A stretch of 64,000 nucleotides of DNA from Setoptus koraiensis (taxonomy: Eukaryota > Animalia > Arthropoda). The notes beneath the pieces are model-generated. The model saw only the letters and a list, made by a program, of their open reading frames with translations. It was not told the origin of the DNA and ran no database searches. Every line of letters starts with the position of its first letter. The stretch's first letter is position 1. The DNA lies in the NCBI GenBank assembly GCA_048013815.1, contig CM106585.1:22320001-22384000 (forward strand), written 5' to 3'. The position numbers and the translations under genes are program-made. Of the stretch, positions 1 through 13,200 are shown in pieces.

Positions 1-141
1 GGCGCTAAATAGCGCGAGGGGCGTGCAACTCGAGATCATGCGAGCGATATTGCGCAAGTAAGTGAGTAGCGCCCCTTCACCGGCGCATCACTTATGTGAC
101 GCAACGTAAGTTACGTAACACGTATGAGCCAACAAAGCCTG

Positions 142-202
142 TGTTGTTGTTGTTGCCGTTGTTGTTGCTGTTGTTGTCGTTGTTGTTGCTGTTGTTGTTG
201 TT
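142..202. repeat. Imperfect (GTT)n microsatellite
   Basis: Run of GTT/GCT/GTC triplets seen directly. Confidence 0.9.
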
Positions 203-419
203 TTGATCGCTATTAGCGCGCGCCTCATCTAATTACCACCTGGCCAACGGTGCCAATACTAACGAGACCTGTCCGTTGTTGCGCACACTCACCTGTCCGT
301 TGTTGTGCGCACTCACCTGGCCGCGCTAGTTCACTGGCCGCCAGTCGCTGGCGAGCTTGTCAGTTAATCAGCTGTTGGCAGCAGTTGCAGCACAGTGTCG
401 TTGGTCGGTAGCCGCCACC

Positions 420-535
420 ACTGACATTACTGACAGCACAACTGGCACTACCGACACAACTGACACAACTGACACTGCTGACACAACCGATACAACCGAC
501 GCTAGCGACACAACCGACACAACCGACACTAGCGT
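420..535. repeat. Imperfect 9-bp tandem repeat (ACAACYGAC-like)
   Basis: Repeated gacacaact/gacacaacc units; source of the spurious TTD-repeat ORF. Confidence 0.8.
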
Positions 536-1822
536 TCCTGCTGGCGCTACAACACGCAGCACGTGATTGTGTCAGTGCGTGCTTGTCGGCGTGCTCGTCG
601 TCGTCGTCGTTTGCGATGAGCGATTGGCAAGCTCATTAATCAGTGGCTTCAATTGCCGGCGGTGGCGCGCACGTCAGATTAGACTTATGTTCGATCATCA
701 CGACCTTGTTTGTGTGTCTGTTCGTGTGTCTGTTCGTGTGTCTGTTCGTGTGTCGATAGTTGACAACAACACAACACCAGTTGTTGTTGCGCAATCAATC
801 GCGAGCCTTACATAGCGTAATATAACGTTATATAACGTTATACAACGTTGTATTGGCGTCGTTATTGGCGTGTTGGCCGCTGCTGCTCGCCAGTGCCAAT
901 TGTACTGCCAGCTGTAGTTGTGCCCACTGTTGTCGTGATAACAAACAACGGAGCACGCGCACCACTTGCACGCGTGCCGCTCACTTCCGGTTGACTCCAA
1001 TTTCTATTGCTGTGTGTGTGTGTGTGTGTGTGTCTACTCATTATGTGATACTAGCGACGTCAGCATGCGAGAATGTATTACATAACTACATGCTATTATT
1101 ATATTGGCTGCCTCTCTCTCATAGACGCACACACACACACGCACACGACGCTGCGCAGCGAATGATAACTGTCGATTGTCATCTGTCCGCTGTAATCATG
1201 CCAGCGACATGAATGCGCTCTGTGAGAAACAACTACCAACGAGACACAACTGACACGCTGAGTCCAATAGAGAGCCCATAATTCATACCGTTGACACCGA
1301 CCGACCGACAGACCGAACAACGTTATTTGCGGCCACAGTTACGTAATAAAGACATTGCCAACATTGTAGTCTGACCATTTATTACGCAACCGCCGGCCAT
1401 TGGGCCATGTTTCAAGAAATTGTTGTCGTTGTTGTTGTTGTTGCTGGTGCTGCTGACACGCGCTCTCCTATTACACGTTACGTAATGCGGCGTCTGCGTT
1501 TTGTCACTCACATTGGTCGTCTAATGCGGCCATGCTGGCCACTATGCCATTATGCTATTACACTGCCATGCTGCTACACTGTCAACTGCAACTCAAAGTA
1601 AAACTCCAATTTCACTGACCAAAACTACAAGTTAACTTAACTTTTCTCGCACTGGTCATCTCAACTGGTCGAAACATCGACCATTGTGCGTGTGTGTGTG
1701 TGTTTGCAGGCCATATCGCACTCGGCTGAACTCACTCTCTCAAGTTGGTCACCAGTTCACCAACACAAACAACATCGATTGTATGACGCAACAACTAACG
1801 TGACACACGCAGCCGTATAACG

Positions 1823-1837
1823 CGTTGCTGTTGTCGT

Positions 1838-1871
<34 letters not shown>

Positions 1872-1920
1872 GCTGTTGTTGTTGCTGTTGTTGTTGTGTT
1901 GTTGTTGCTGTTGTTGTTGC
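1823..1920. repeat. Imperfect (TTG)n microsatellite
   Basis: About 100 bp of TTG/CTG/TCG triplets. Confidence 0.9.
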
Positions 1921-4900
1921 GTCATCATTGCTAATCATCGGCCATTTCGGCCACGTCATTATAATCGTCGGCTGGCTGGCCCACTCACTCGATGGGCCGA
2001 AATATCTATTAGGCCATTGAGTTTGTGCGTGGGCGAGCGGCGGCCAAAGCGATTGTCGCATTGGTCAGTTTGGCATGACCACCGATATATACAATACAAG
2101 CAACCATATAGCACCACACAGCCGCTCCAGTGACCTTAGCACCCGCTTGAATACTTCGAGTGGAGTGGCGCCCCTGGCGGTCATTGTTTTCCGGGCGCCA
2201 TTAACTCTGGCCGCCACAACTTGTATCGCGGCAGCAACTTGTGCGCTGCACGATACAAGTTGAGGCCGCGACAGCCACCGGAAGCAAATAAGCTGCACCG
2301 ATTGCCACTTGAGCGGCGCTGGTCGTCGCTGTTGCCGTTGCCGGTTGCCGATTGCTGTTGCATAACTAGCGACATTATTGCATGTATTTATTTTTGCTCT
2401 TGTTGCGCTGACATTTGCACTGCTGCTGCTGCTGCTGCTGTGTCCAGCACTAATAATAGTTCACTTAACGCTGGCACTAAATCCATTCGACGACAACACA
2501 AATCGGGGCGAGTCGAGTCGACGAGTTTCGTCATGCACACTGTGCCGGCCGCTTTCGTGGGGCGCCGCCCGTGTTGTGGCACACGGAGAGAGGCCGTGCG
2601 CGCCGGAGAAAAGACGCAACGATAATTTGGCACACAAATAACATCAGTGGCGCGGTGACACTCGGGCACAGTGGCCATAGTTGGCCGGCGCAGTGATAAA
2701 GTGCCCCATTGTGAGCTGTATACTTGACTGGCGACTAGCCGGCCCAAGTGACGGCCAGCTTAATTACGAGCGGCGCAAATGACGCTTGACCCGCGCTGTC
2801 ATGGCTGCTATTTTGGCGCGTTACGTAACCTAGCGGCAGTTATGAAACCTAGCGTCAGTTACGCAAGAGCCGGCCAGATATTCATATCTCATATGCTGGC
2901 TCAATGGTTGCGTAATGCCGCTGCACTTGTTTGCCCACTGCGACGCTGTTCGCTGCTTTCCCCCGTTGCAGTGAGCGGCAAGCGACACACTTAATGAGAG
3001 TGGCGCCATTTTTGTCATTGTCGCCACTGTCGTCGTTCTCTGTTCGCTGTTCTCCTTTCGAAGGGCGAGCAGCCAGTCCAACGTTCGCCGCTCGCCAGTC
3101 CGACGTTCGCCGCTCGCCCGGTGACCTGCACAGTGGCACAGCGAAACAGCGAAACAGCGAGTCGCTGGCAGACTGTGCCAGCCGGAATTGGGGCCCGTCC
3201 GAACGATTGCGAGCGATTCTCGAATCGCGGCTCGCAAAGTGCCGCTAAGTGCCTATTCGTGTGCGACATCGTTGCGCCGATACTGCGCGATACGCGCAAC
3301 ATACAGCGGCTCCAAAACTGGAGGCCCCAAAGCCGGAATGGGGCCGCTGTCGGCAGCATCGGCCGAACAGTGGATATGGTGTCGCCGATATAGTGCATGT
3401 ATATATAGTTATACGCAACTAAACGAGCACACTCGGCTCATTTAGACAACTGGCTGGCGCGGCGGGCTCAACTTGCGAGCCAAGGCGGCCACAATGAACC
3501 TGCAACACTAATGGCGCTCGTGCTCATTTGCACGTAAAAAATCACGTAGCCAAATCAAAAATTATATCATCATTATTTGCCAGTCGTTGTGTTTTGGGCG
3601 CGTGCTTGTGTCGCAACAACGTACTGGCCCAGCTCTCTAGCGGGCATCACCATTTAAAGCAAGCCAAGTGCGCGCGCCCCCCCCCCTTGTACCCTCGCTG
3701 AACGTGTTGTTGTCGTCTGTCACAAATGGGCCCCACTATTGCGTAATGCCTTCCTGTTTGGGTCAACAACAGCGCTCGTCTGTGCTTGTTTGTATACATG
3801 AATGTGGCAATAACAGCACAGAGATCTATTGTTGTGCATAAACTAAACATAAACTAGCCCGTGAGATATCACGTGTGCTCGCTCGCCGAGATTGCCCTCG
3901 CTGACAGTGCACAGCACAGTGTGCCTATACTGCACCAGTTGTGTGTGCATAACAGTATAAGTGTGCTGTCACATTTGCTGTTGTTACGTAACATGTTACC
4001 TAACAAAGTATTATAAGTATGTTGCGTAAGTGTGTTGCGTAAGTATGTTGCATAAAAGTGTGTGTTTGTGTGTGTGTTGCGCGTGCCCCGATCGTAATGT
4101 CAGCCGCGAGTAGTGTTGCATAAGTTATTTATTGGTCATTGGTTGTCATTAGCACGACTCAATTGCGCAATCGCTCGCTGGCCCTTCACCTGGCGCGCGG
4201 TCAGGTGAAGGGCCAGCGAGCCGTCGGGCCGGCGGCCCGGCGAGGCCTCTCTCGGCGGCTCTCGGGTTGAGCCGCCGAAAGAGGGCCGCAAAGAGACCGG
4301 ACCAACGGGAATCGTGCCCCGGTATCTTTGCGATCTTTGTGTGGGCGCTCATGTGCGCTTCGTGTGCACATTTGCCAGCATGCCAACAAGCGAGCCAAAA
4401 TGGCCAAATTCGCCGAATTCGGCTCAAAGTGACGCAATAAATTCTCCAGACATCTTGGGTTATATAACTCTCGTGGTGCGTGTGTGTGTGTGTTGCGACA
4501 CAAGCAATAAATAATTGCCAGATTACTTATGAGTTTTATCGCGAGTCGCTTTTACATCGCGAGTTGTTGCGATGTAAAAGTGATCGGCGACGTGCCACTG
4601 TCACTGTCGACCGCTGACACTGTCTGACACTGTCTGACAGTGGCGACCACTGACAGCGGCCACCACTGACAGCAGCGACAGCAACAGTTTCCCCCTGTGT
4701 GTGTCGCTGTCCAGACTGGCTCTGTCTCGGCAATCATCGCCAGCTGATTTCACCGGCCTGAATTCACCTGGCGAGAGCCTATTCAGTTAGCTGAGAATTC
4801 AGTTTGAATACGGCGCAGCGAAGCGTCGGCCGTTTAATTGCCACTATCGACGATAACATCTTCTCACCTTGATTTACAGACGACTCGCCGCTGTTGCGAC

Positions 4901-7900
4901 GCCGGTACAATGGCGATGCGTTCGTTGTTGTGTCGTCATTATTGTTGTTGCAAATCGTCTTATTTCCATGTTTTACGGCCTCGTCGTTGTTGTTGTTATT
5001 GGCCCGACAGCAGCAACAACAGCGCCAACAACAACATCGCCAACAACGACGACGGCCGCGCCAGACTGACTGACACGGGACGTAATGACGTAAGACGACG
5101 AGCTCTGGTCAGTGGCGGACAGTGGCGCCGATCACTGGACGGTGGCGCTGGCCGAATGGCTCGAATGGTTCGGCCAAGCGAAGCCGAAGCGACCATTTGA
5201 AATTAGCATTTGGATTGGGACGAGAACGCGATTGGCGATTGTTGCGTCATTGCATGTTGTTGTTGTTGCTGCTGCTGTAATGCATGTGTCGTTAATGACA
5301 GTTGCCGGCACAAGTTGGCAGACAGAACAAGTGCCATTGCCCGGCATCACATGCTGGCCATCACATGCCTAATCACGGCCAGCTGACCGACACAATCGAG
5401 TGACAAATTGATATTGATGCCACTTGCGTGTAACACTGACAGTGGCGCTCTCGTTGCGTCATGAGCCAGTGCCAGCGCTCATTACAAATGCTTGATTGCC
5501 TGTCGCTGGTGAATGTTGTCGCTGTTGGACAGTGCACTAAATAGTGACTGTGCCACTTTTGTAGTGACGCCACTGCCACTGCCAATGCAACGTTAAGTAG
5601 ACGCGCTCAGGTGTAACATTACTGGCTGCTGATTCATTGCAACTAATACCAGACTAAATGCTCCAAAATACTCTCGCTGCTCGCTCATTTAAATAACAGC
5701 CCATGTGACAGCAACGCCACCGACAACCACAACTGTGTTGCATCACACCAGGTGTGTTGCGTCGCACCAAGTGTGTTGCGTCACACAGTTCATGCCACGG
5801 CCAGCGCACCTTGTCACTGGCCGAAGCTTGTTGCCAGTGACACTTGTTTTGGCTGTCAATGTTGCGTCACACATGCTATTTACATTGTGTCACACACTGT
5901 GCGCGCTGCGCGTTCGTTGTGCCTTCGTTGTGCCTTCGTTGTGCGTTTGGTGCGCGTTTGTTGTGCGACACTGACAGTGTCCAGTTGTCAACTAATTATT
6001 TGCTCATCATTGCATCACACGAGACGAACGATGACAAGACTGCGCACAACAAGCAGTGTGCAAACTGACACTTTGTTGTTGTGCACTGCGCGAAACAACG
6101 GTCATTTGCCACTAACAAATTGGTGGCATTGATGCATTGCGCAACTTGCGCGACAGCCAAGGCAGCAGCAACGACAACGACAACGACAACAACAACAGCG
6201 CCGACATATGTCAACGTTGTTGCGTCATTGGTCATTCTGACAATTCTGACAGTTCTCACAATTGTCAGTGGCACGTTGCCGTGCCCACTGACAGGCGCAT
6301 CAGTTGTTGCGTCGGTGGTTGCGCCGGTGGTTGCGCCGGTCGTTGCAACGGGCCCGCGATTGCACGACATTGTTTTCGTTAAATATACATGCGATATATC
6401 AATGTTGCGCCGAACCAGCAACAGCTGACCAGCACCGACTTCCGGCTCAGTGCGCTACACACCGGCAGAGGGCGAGCGTGCAGGCGCGCCCCCTAGCGTC
6501 GGCTCACCTGGCCTGTGGCAAGTGTGGTCTTGCGAGCGCCAAGTGAGCAGCGAAGTGTCGGGCTCGCAGCGACTTATTAGCGGCGTCGCTCGGACGGGCC
6601 AACACAGCTAATCAATTAATCATGATTAGCGTTAATGGCTCGTCATGTAGTCAAGCCAGCGCAAGTGTCTCCCTCTTGCGCCTTCTATCATCTCGTGGGA
6701 TTAGCTTTATCTCTGCCGGGCCGACGTTCATTCACTCACCTGGGCTGGGTTTTGTTTTATCCGCTGCGCGTCGATTGTCGGGCTCGTTCGTCTCGTTCGG
6801 CGGCGCTCTGTTCGTTCGGTTGGCTCGTTGCGCCGCTCGGTGCGCTTCGCCGGCCAGCTCACCGGGCCGTCGTGCGTGAGACGCCGTCCGAGAGAAATCA
6901 GCAAAGTGATTAAGCTCTCCTTTCTTAGTTTCTGGCGCGCCCGCCAGTCTGTTGATTTAATCTTAGTTAATTGAATTTGATGCCCGTTTTTTCTTCTCTC
7001 AATCGCACAGTTGGCTCGCGGTGCAGCGCCATTCCGCACAGTGCTGCCTATTGGGCACAACTTACACTTTATGGGCCGGCACAATTGCTTTTGCGTCGCA
7101 GCGCGACAGCAGCGACACACATTAGCGAAAGCGGATAAAGCGCCAGATAATGATGATCATGCATCGGCCATTACCTGTCCGCTGGCCGGCTTCTCGAAAT
7201 CCGGCCGGCGATCGCGCTGTGCGCCATTGTGCGCCATTGTGCGCCATTGAATGGTTGCGGCGGCCAGTCGGGCGCCATCGGCGGCCGTCGGCGGCCATTG
7301 GCGAGCGGCAATAATGGCTCAGAGGCACGCAATTTGTGCAACGCGCGCGCTCGACTTATTACGTAATGATGATCTATCTCTTTTTGTTGACTATTAACTC
7401 GCAGGCTCACAAGCGATCACTGCAACGAGCGCTCGCCGGGCCAGTCAGCTGGCCCGGCGAGCCCAATGGGAGCCAGCCGATCGACTCGCAATTGTCGATG
7501 GGAGCCAGCTGATCCACTGACAGTTGTCAAGCGGCCGGCTGGCCAGTGGGAGGGGAGGGCACTGGCTAGAGCCCGGGGTAGTCTGGGGTAGTTGTGGGCA
7601 GTTGGCGCGACCGCACCGGGTGACGGACGGGGCACCGGTGAGTGATGGATTGCGTTTGATCGGGCCAGGGGTCATGCGATGTCATGCCCGCTGAGGGCAC
7701 TGCGAGCGCGCCAAGACCACGACGCATCGTATCTAGTTTGTATCATCTGTGTAACACAGACTGTGTGTTTGTGATGCAATTGGCCGTATGACGACTTGTG
7801 CTTGCGCTGCCCGTAGAGTCATGCGGTGATGCAATGGCACGGATAATTGGAGGTGATTCGGCTGCCGTGGGTGAGTTTGCGCTGTCGATCTGTTTGCCTA

Positions 7901-10119
7901 CAAGTTGTGGCCAGCGACAAGGTAAACAACAAGCGACCAATTCAATCTCGATTGTGCCGCACAATTTGTGCGCCGTCCCAACGTTTCTGTGCTCGAGCAT
8001 TCGAACTGCTCGAGCATTCGAACTGCCCGAATGTTCGGACGTTCGAATGCTCGGACGTTCGAACGCTCGGATGCGCGAAGGCTCGCATGTTCGGATGTGC
8101 CAATGGCCAATTGGATAGTTTGAAAATTGTTGTTTCTGCTGTTATTGCGTAATCATGCAACCTGGTGGCTCGTGTGTCGTGCTTGCAACATAAAATCATC
8201 ATAATCATCATAATCATCATCATCGTGCTCATGCTAGCGGCGTGCTGCTGTGTGCGCCAATTGTTATGTAACTTGGTCGAGCAACACTGTCGAGTAACAC
8301 TGTTGCGCAACATTGTTATGCAACATTGTTGAGCGGCGGCAGCGGCAAACAGGAACAAAAGATCAAGTTCAACTTGTTACAACAGCGCGGCGTCTTGTTG
8401 CACAACAAGCCCAACACTTCATGTCCAGCGTCTGGGCGTCATTTGTTGCGTACGAGCCGTCATTGGTCATTGGTTGTATGGGCTCGTTGTCGCTGGCGGC
8501 CCATACAAAACCGAGGTGAGCCGAGGTTTACCTGGCGAAAAGAACGCTGAACGTTGCGCCGCACTCTGCGGCCGGTCGGCCCGTTGGCCGGCAGCGCCGC
8601 GGCGTGTCAGTGTCCGCCAATCACAGACTGTGATACTTGTTGTAGTGGCATGCACTTGTTACAGATGATAATGACCACACTCGTACATCGTATATCCACA
8701 CACAGGTATGCGGTCGCATAGCAGCGCCGGGCGCCATGCGATGCGCCAAAACAATCCAACAGGTTGCTTAACAAGGGGCGCTCAGGTTACGCAATGCGCT
8801 GTTTGTTTGCGCTTGTTTGCGCCTGTTTGCGCCTGTTTGCGCTTGTTTGCGACTGTTTGTCTCGGCCGGGCAAGCCAATGATAGTGAGTCTGTATCTATC
8901 GTGGTGTGTGACCATGTAACAAATGTAAATATTACATAACATGTAATGCATGTTGTATGCAGGTAGTTGTTTGTTGTTGCGCAACAACAAACAACACCAA
9001 CCAACAGCCCAAATGATAAACTGCCGGCAACAGCTGATTGTTGCCCACTGCAACAATAATAGAGCGTAATGATGAAATGAAATTTGAGTGATGGATTTGG
9101 TTGTTGCGCAATCACTCTTGTTACGCCGACTGCTGCCACTAACTGGCCGACTGCTGCTGCTGTTGGCATTGTTGCGCAATGTGTCCGATAAACAAACACA
9201 TTGGTCATTGTTCGTGCTGACTGTGCCGGCATTGATGAGATTTTGCACACAAACTTGCATGCTCACTTGCTGTTTGTGTGCTGTTGCGTCATTGCTTGCA
9301 TTGCTCTTCCCATTCCGAATGCTCATCAGCTCAAGCAGCATCAACAACGCCGACAACGCCGTCGTGTCGCTCGTCAGCTGATGACCTTTGTGTGTGTGTG
9401 TCACTCTCTGACATTCCACTCCCCACTCACCTGACTCGGCCGGTCAGCTGACTAGGCCGGCCGGCAGCGGAAGCCGGCCGAGCTACAGGCCAAACAGGGA
9501 GAGTTGTTTGTTGTGCGCGTTTATTTTCAAATATCATCATTGTTGTCATGTGTTCAGTGGGCGAAGCATTATGTAATATGTAATAGTACCAACACATGAC
9601 AGCGCCACTCATATGACAGCGGCGACTCGCATGACGGCGCCGAGCTCGCCAAGTGGCCGCGAGCTTCTCTTCTGACAAGCTTGTGAAGAGAGAGCGACTT
9701 TTGCGCATATTGTGTCCATAAACGACCAAACGAGAGAGTCGCGCAAACACCTGTCAGAGTCAGCTGACTGAGCGTGTCATTGTTTCCGCGCCGCTTGTGA
9801 CTTGCACTTGAGCGCCAATTGTCGGCCGTCGATGGTCGATAGTCGATTGTCCATCGTCGATTGTCGATCGTCGATTGTCCATCGTCGAATGCAAGAGCGC
9901 GCAACGTCGAGAGAGCGCAAGTTCGAGCGAGCACGAGACCGAGAATTCGGCTGCGATTCGAAATTCGAAGTTCCAAGTTCGCGCTGTCCAATGGCCGTCC
10001 GATCGGCCGACACAATCGGCCGCACCGTGCAGCGAGTGCGAGCCCAACAGCGAGTGCGAGCCGAGCTGCGAATGCAAATGAGCGATTCATTGGAACTGAC
10101 TTGACGAATTGACAGGCCC

Positions 10120-10215
10120 ACAACAACAACAACAACAACAACAACAGCGACAGCGGCAACAGCGACGGCAGCGACAGCGGCAGCGACAACAACAGCGACA
10201 GCGATGCCAACAGCA
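10120..10215. repeat. (CAA/CAG/CGA)n compound microsatellite
   Basis: Seen directly. Similar tracts at about 10808-10878, 12805-12895 and 18645-18730. Confidence 0.85.
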
Positions 10216-13200
10216 GCCATTAATAGAAGCGGTGCCATTGAAAACGTTGCAAACAGTGGAAACAAAACGGCCGGCAATCGACTGGCGAACGCGCCGACCC
10301 CGGCCAATTGAACCATCGGCCCAACACAAGCCAGTATCCCACAGACACAACGAACAACTGACCAGCACACAATTGAGACAACAATGAGTCACACACAATT
10401 GTTCGCAGAGAACGATTTTACATTTGAAAGAAAAAGAAGGCGAAATTGGTCGGTTCGAACTTGGAATGGCGGCCGCTCACGGCTTGTGAGGCTCACAACG
10501 GCACATCTTAGAATGCGGCCGATGCATAACAGCGCAAGTTGTTGCTTCTTCGTCTGTTCCTATTCGGGCAATCCCGCCGTTCGGGCAATCCTACTAGTCG
10601 AGCAATTCGACCATTCGAGCGTTCGAGAGTTCGCAAGTTCGGCCGTTCGAGAGTTCGGCCGTTCGAGCGTTCGCGAGTGTGCTGCAGAGTCTGCAGAGCA
10701 TTGTGCCCTGTCGAACGCTCGTCCGCGAACTTGTTTTTCTCTTGTCGTCTGTTCGCCGTGCTGCGCTGCCAGCGACAACTATTTTTGTTGCTCGTCGGCA
10801 GCGCCGACCAACCACAACAACGACAACAAAAACAACGACAACAACGACAACAACAACAACGACAACAACAACGACAACTCTATTATAAAATTATTCACGA
10901 ACAACAACAATAACTTTCACCACGTCTCTCCCCTCTTTTGTCCCCACATGAATGGCCCACTGCCCACTGCCGACAAACACTGAATGTCATGCACACAACT
11001 AATTGGATCATCCATTATTGCACGATTGCGCGTAACGTGTCCGCCGACGACAACAGGTGAGTGCCAAGCAACTGGCTTGTTTGCGTCCTGTGGGACGAGC
11101 CTTAAAAGCCTTAAGAAGCCCCCATAAAACTCCAAAAAACGCTCGAAAAATCTTGGAAAGACCCCCGAAAATTCGCTCGAAAAACCCTCGAAACTTCACT
11201 GCAAGTGTCACAAGTCAGCTGACAGTCTCTTGACGGCGCGCTCGAATGTTGCAATCTGTTCACACTTGACAGCTCGGCTCGAGCAACTCTATTATCCCCG
11301 TTTGGCAACTCTATTATCCCTGTTCGGCTCCATACTAGGCTCTCGACCGTCCAGCGGGCACCTGTCGAAACGATAGGTGTGTTGCACTTGCAACAATTGC
11401 ATGCATTATTCAGTGTCTGCGATGGCCGAGAGCACCGGCGATCAGCTGATGGTCGATTATACGTTAATTGGCATAAATTGAGATGATTCAATCCGATTGT
11501 GTCCAATTGCAACGCCTCTATTAGTGCTCCGAACGGCCGTTTGCCAGCGACCAGTCGGACGAGTTTGGCCGTGCCGACAGTCCAAAGAGTCTGACCATTC
11601 CACAGAGTCCGGCCATTCCAAAGAGTCCGAAGAGTCGAGCCGCCAACCGGCAAACTTTAAAAACATCCAGCCAACAACAAACACTGGAGAGCTCGCAAGA
11701 GCGAGCGCCACCTCGCGGGCGCGGCCCTGCAAGGCGGATGTTGGCGCCTAGCAGGCACCAACAAGGCAACAGCAAAGGCCATTCGCAGGTGTTGCCGTTC
11801 ACTTGCCATTCACCTGTTGTTGTTGTTGTTGTTGTTGCATTTTATACCTGTTGTGTATTTGTTGGCCTGATATGCGAATAATCGCTGAAATGGATGATAT
11901 TTATAAGAGAGTGTGTGTGTGTGAGAGAGAGAAAGAAATCAAGTTAACATAACAATAAATGGAAGCTTCTTTTTGTTGGGCATGTCTGCATTCTCGAGCG
12001 CCAGCCGCTGGTTGTTGTGCTCAATCAAGTATCACGGACGCTCTCGAGTCGCACGCTTTGGTGCTTCGCCGCTCGCAGAATTCTTCTCGAGAGAGTTCTC
12101 GAGCGAAGAGAATTCTCGCGAAAAGAACTGGCGATTGAACTGGCGAAAAGAACTGGCGAATGGAATCGGCGAATGGAATTGGCGAAAAAGAAGTGGCACC
12201 AATGGCGTCCATTGTGGTCAGTGTCAATGCTGCAAGGTAACTCGATATATGTAACAATGGCTGCGGCGATTCGCAGCTTCCAACTGTCGGTCTGCAGCAC
12301 AATGATCAAGTCTCAATGAAGTTATCATCGTTATTCACCTGTCGAATTATCGCCAGTCTTTTGGCTGTTCTTTTCGCATCGCTGCTGCAATTTGTTGGCC
12401 GCTGGACGGTGTCGTTGTTGGACGGCGTCGTTGTTGGACGGCGTCGTTGTTAGACGCACCCATGGTATGCACCTGAGCGCACCCACCTATACGCTGACCG
12501 CTCACCTATATGGTGTGTTGTTGGCATTTTTAGCATTTTTGCCTTTTCAACATCCGTTAATGTTGCCCGCTTCGATCAGCTGACGGTCGGCTCGCTGTCG
12601 GCGTCGTGTCATTCGGTTGCTGCTCGTCGGCCTATAACGCGATGATGTTACATAAGCGGATACAACCTGCTCACGGCTCAGGTAACCTGAATCGGGCGAG
12701 CTGATGAGTGACGTGTGTTTGTGCGAATGCAATAATTGAATGCGTCATGTAAATATTGACTGCAAATAGATGTTGTTGTTGCGCCCTGCGTGACCATTGC
12801 GCAACAACAGCAACACAAACAACAGCAACAGCAGCAACTCAAACAACAGCAACAGCAGCAACAACCGAACAAACAGCAGCAGCGACAACAACAAGTGGAG
12901 CTCACCTGGTGTGAAACGACCATCGTAAAATGGCGGCCATGTTGTGTGTTGTTTGTCTATTTCATGTGACCATTTCGACGGACAAACGCCGAGAATTGGG
13001 CCTCTCAGCAGCGGCACTGTGTTTATAACAGCTTAATTAACACAAGCAAAAACAATTAAATCAGCTGGCGTGTTCACATGAGCAAACATGCAGCGCAAAC
13101 CGAGCAACAGATACAGACTAATTAACGCCCAACTCCGCTAATGGTCGCCACCGGCTGACCATTGGCCAGCGATGACTCAGCTCACCTGTTGCGCCTGAGA

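Noticed and set aside
2378-2641. ORF with a signal-peptide-like start (HVFIFALVALTFALLLLLLL) as the first semaphorin exon
   Set aside because: It starts at TTG, the leucine run is a CTG repeat, and there is no suitable donor or Sema homology.
12701-12730. CTGATGAG as a hammerhead ribozyme core
   Set aside because: No stem II and no downstream GAAA.
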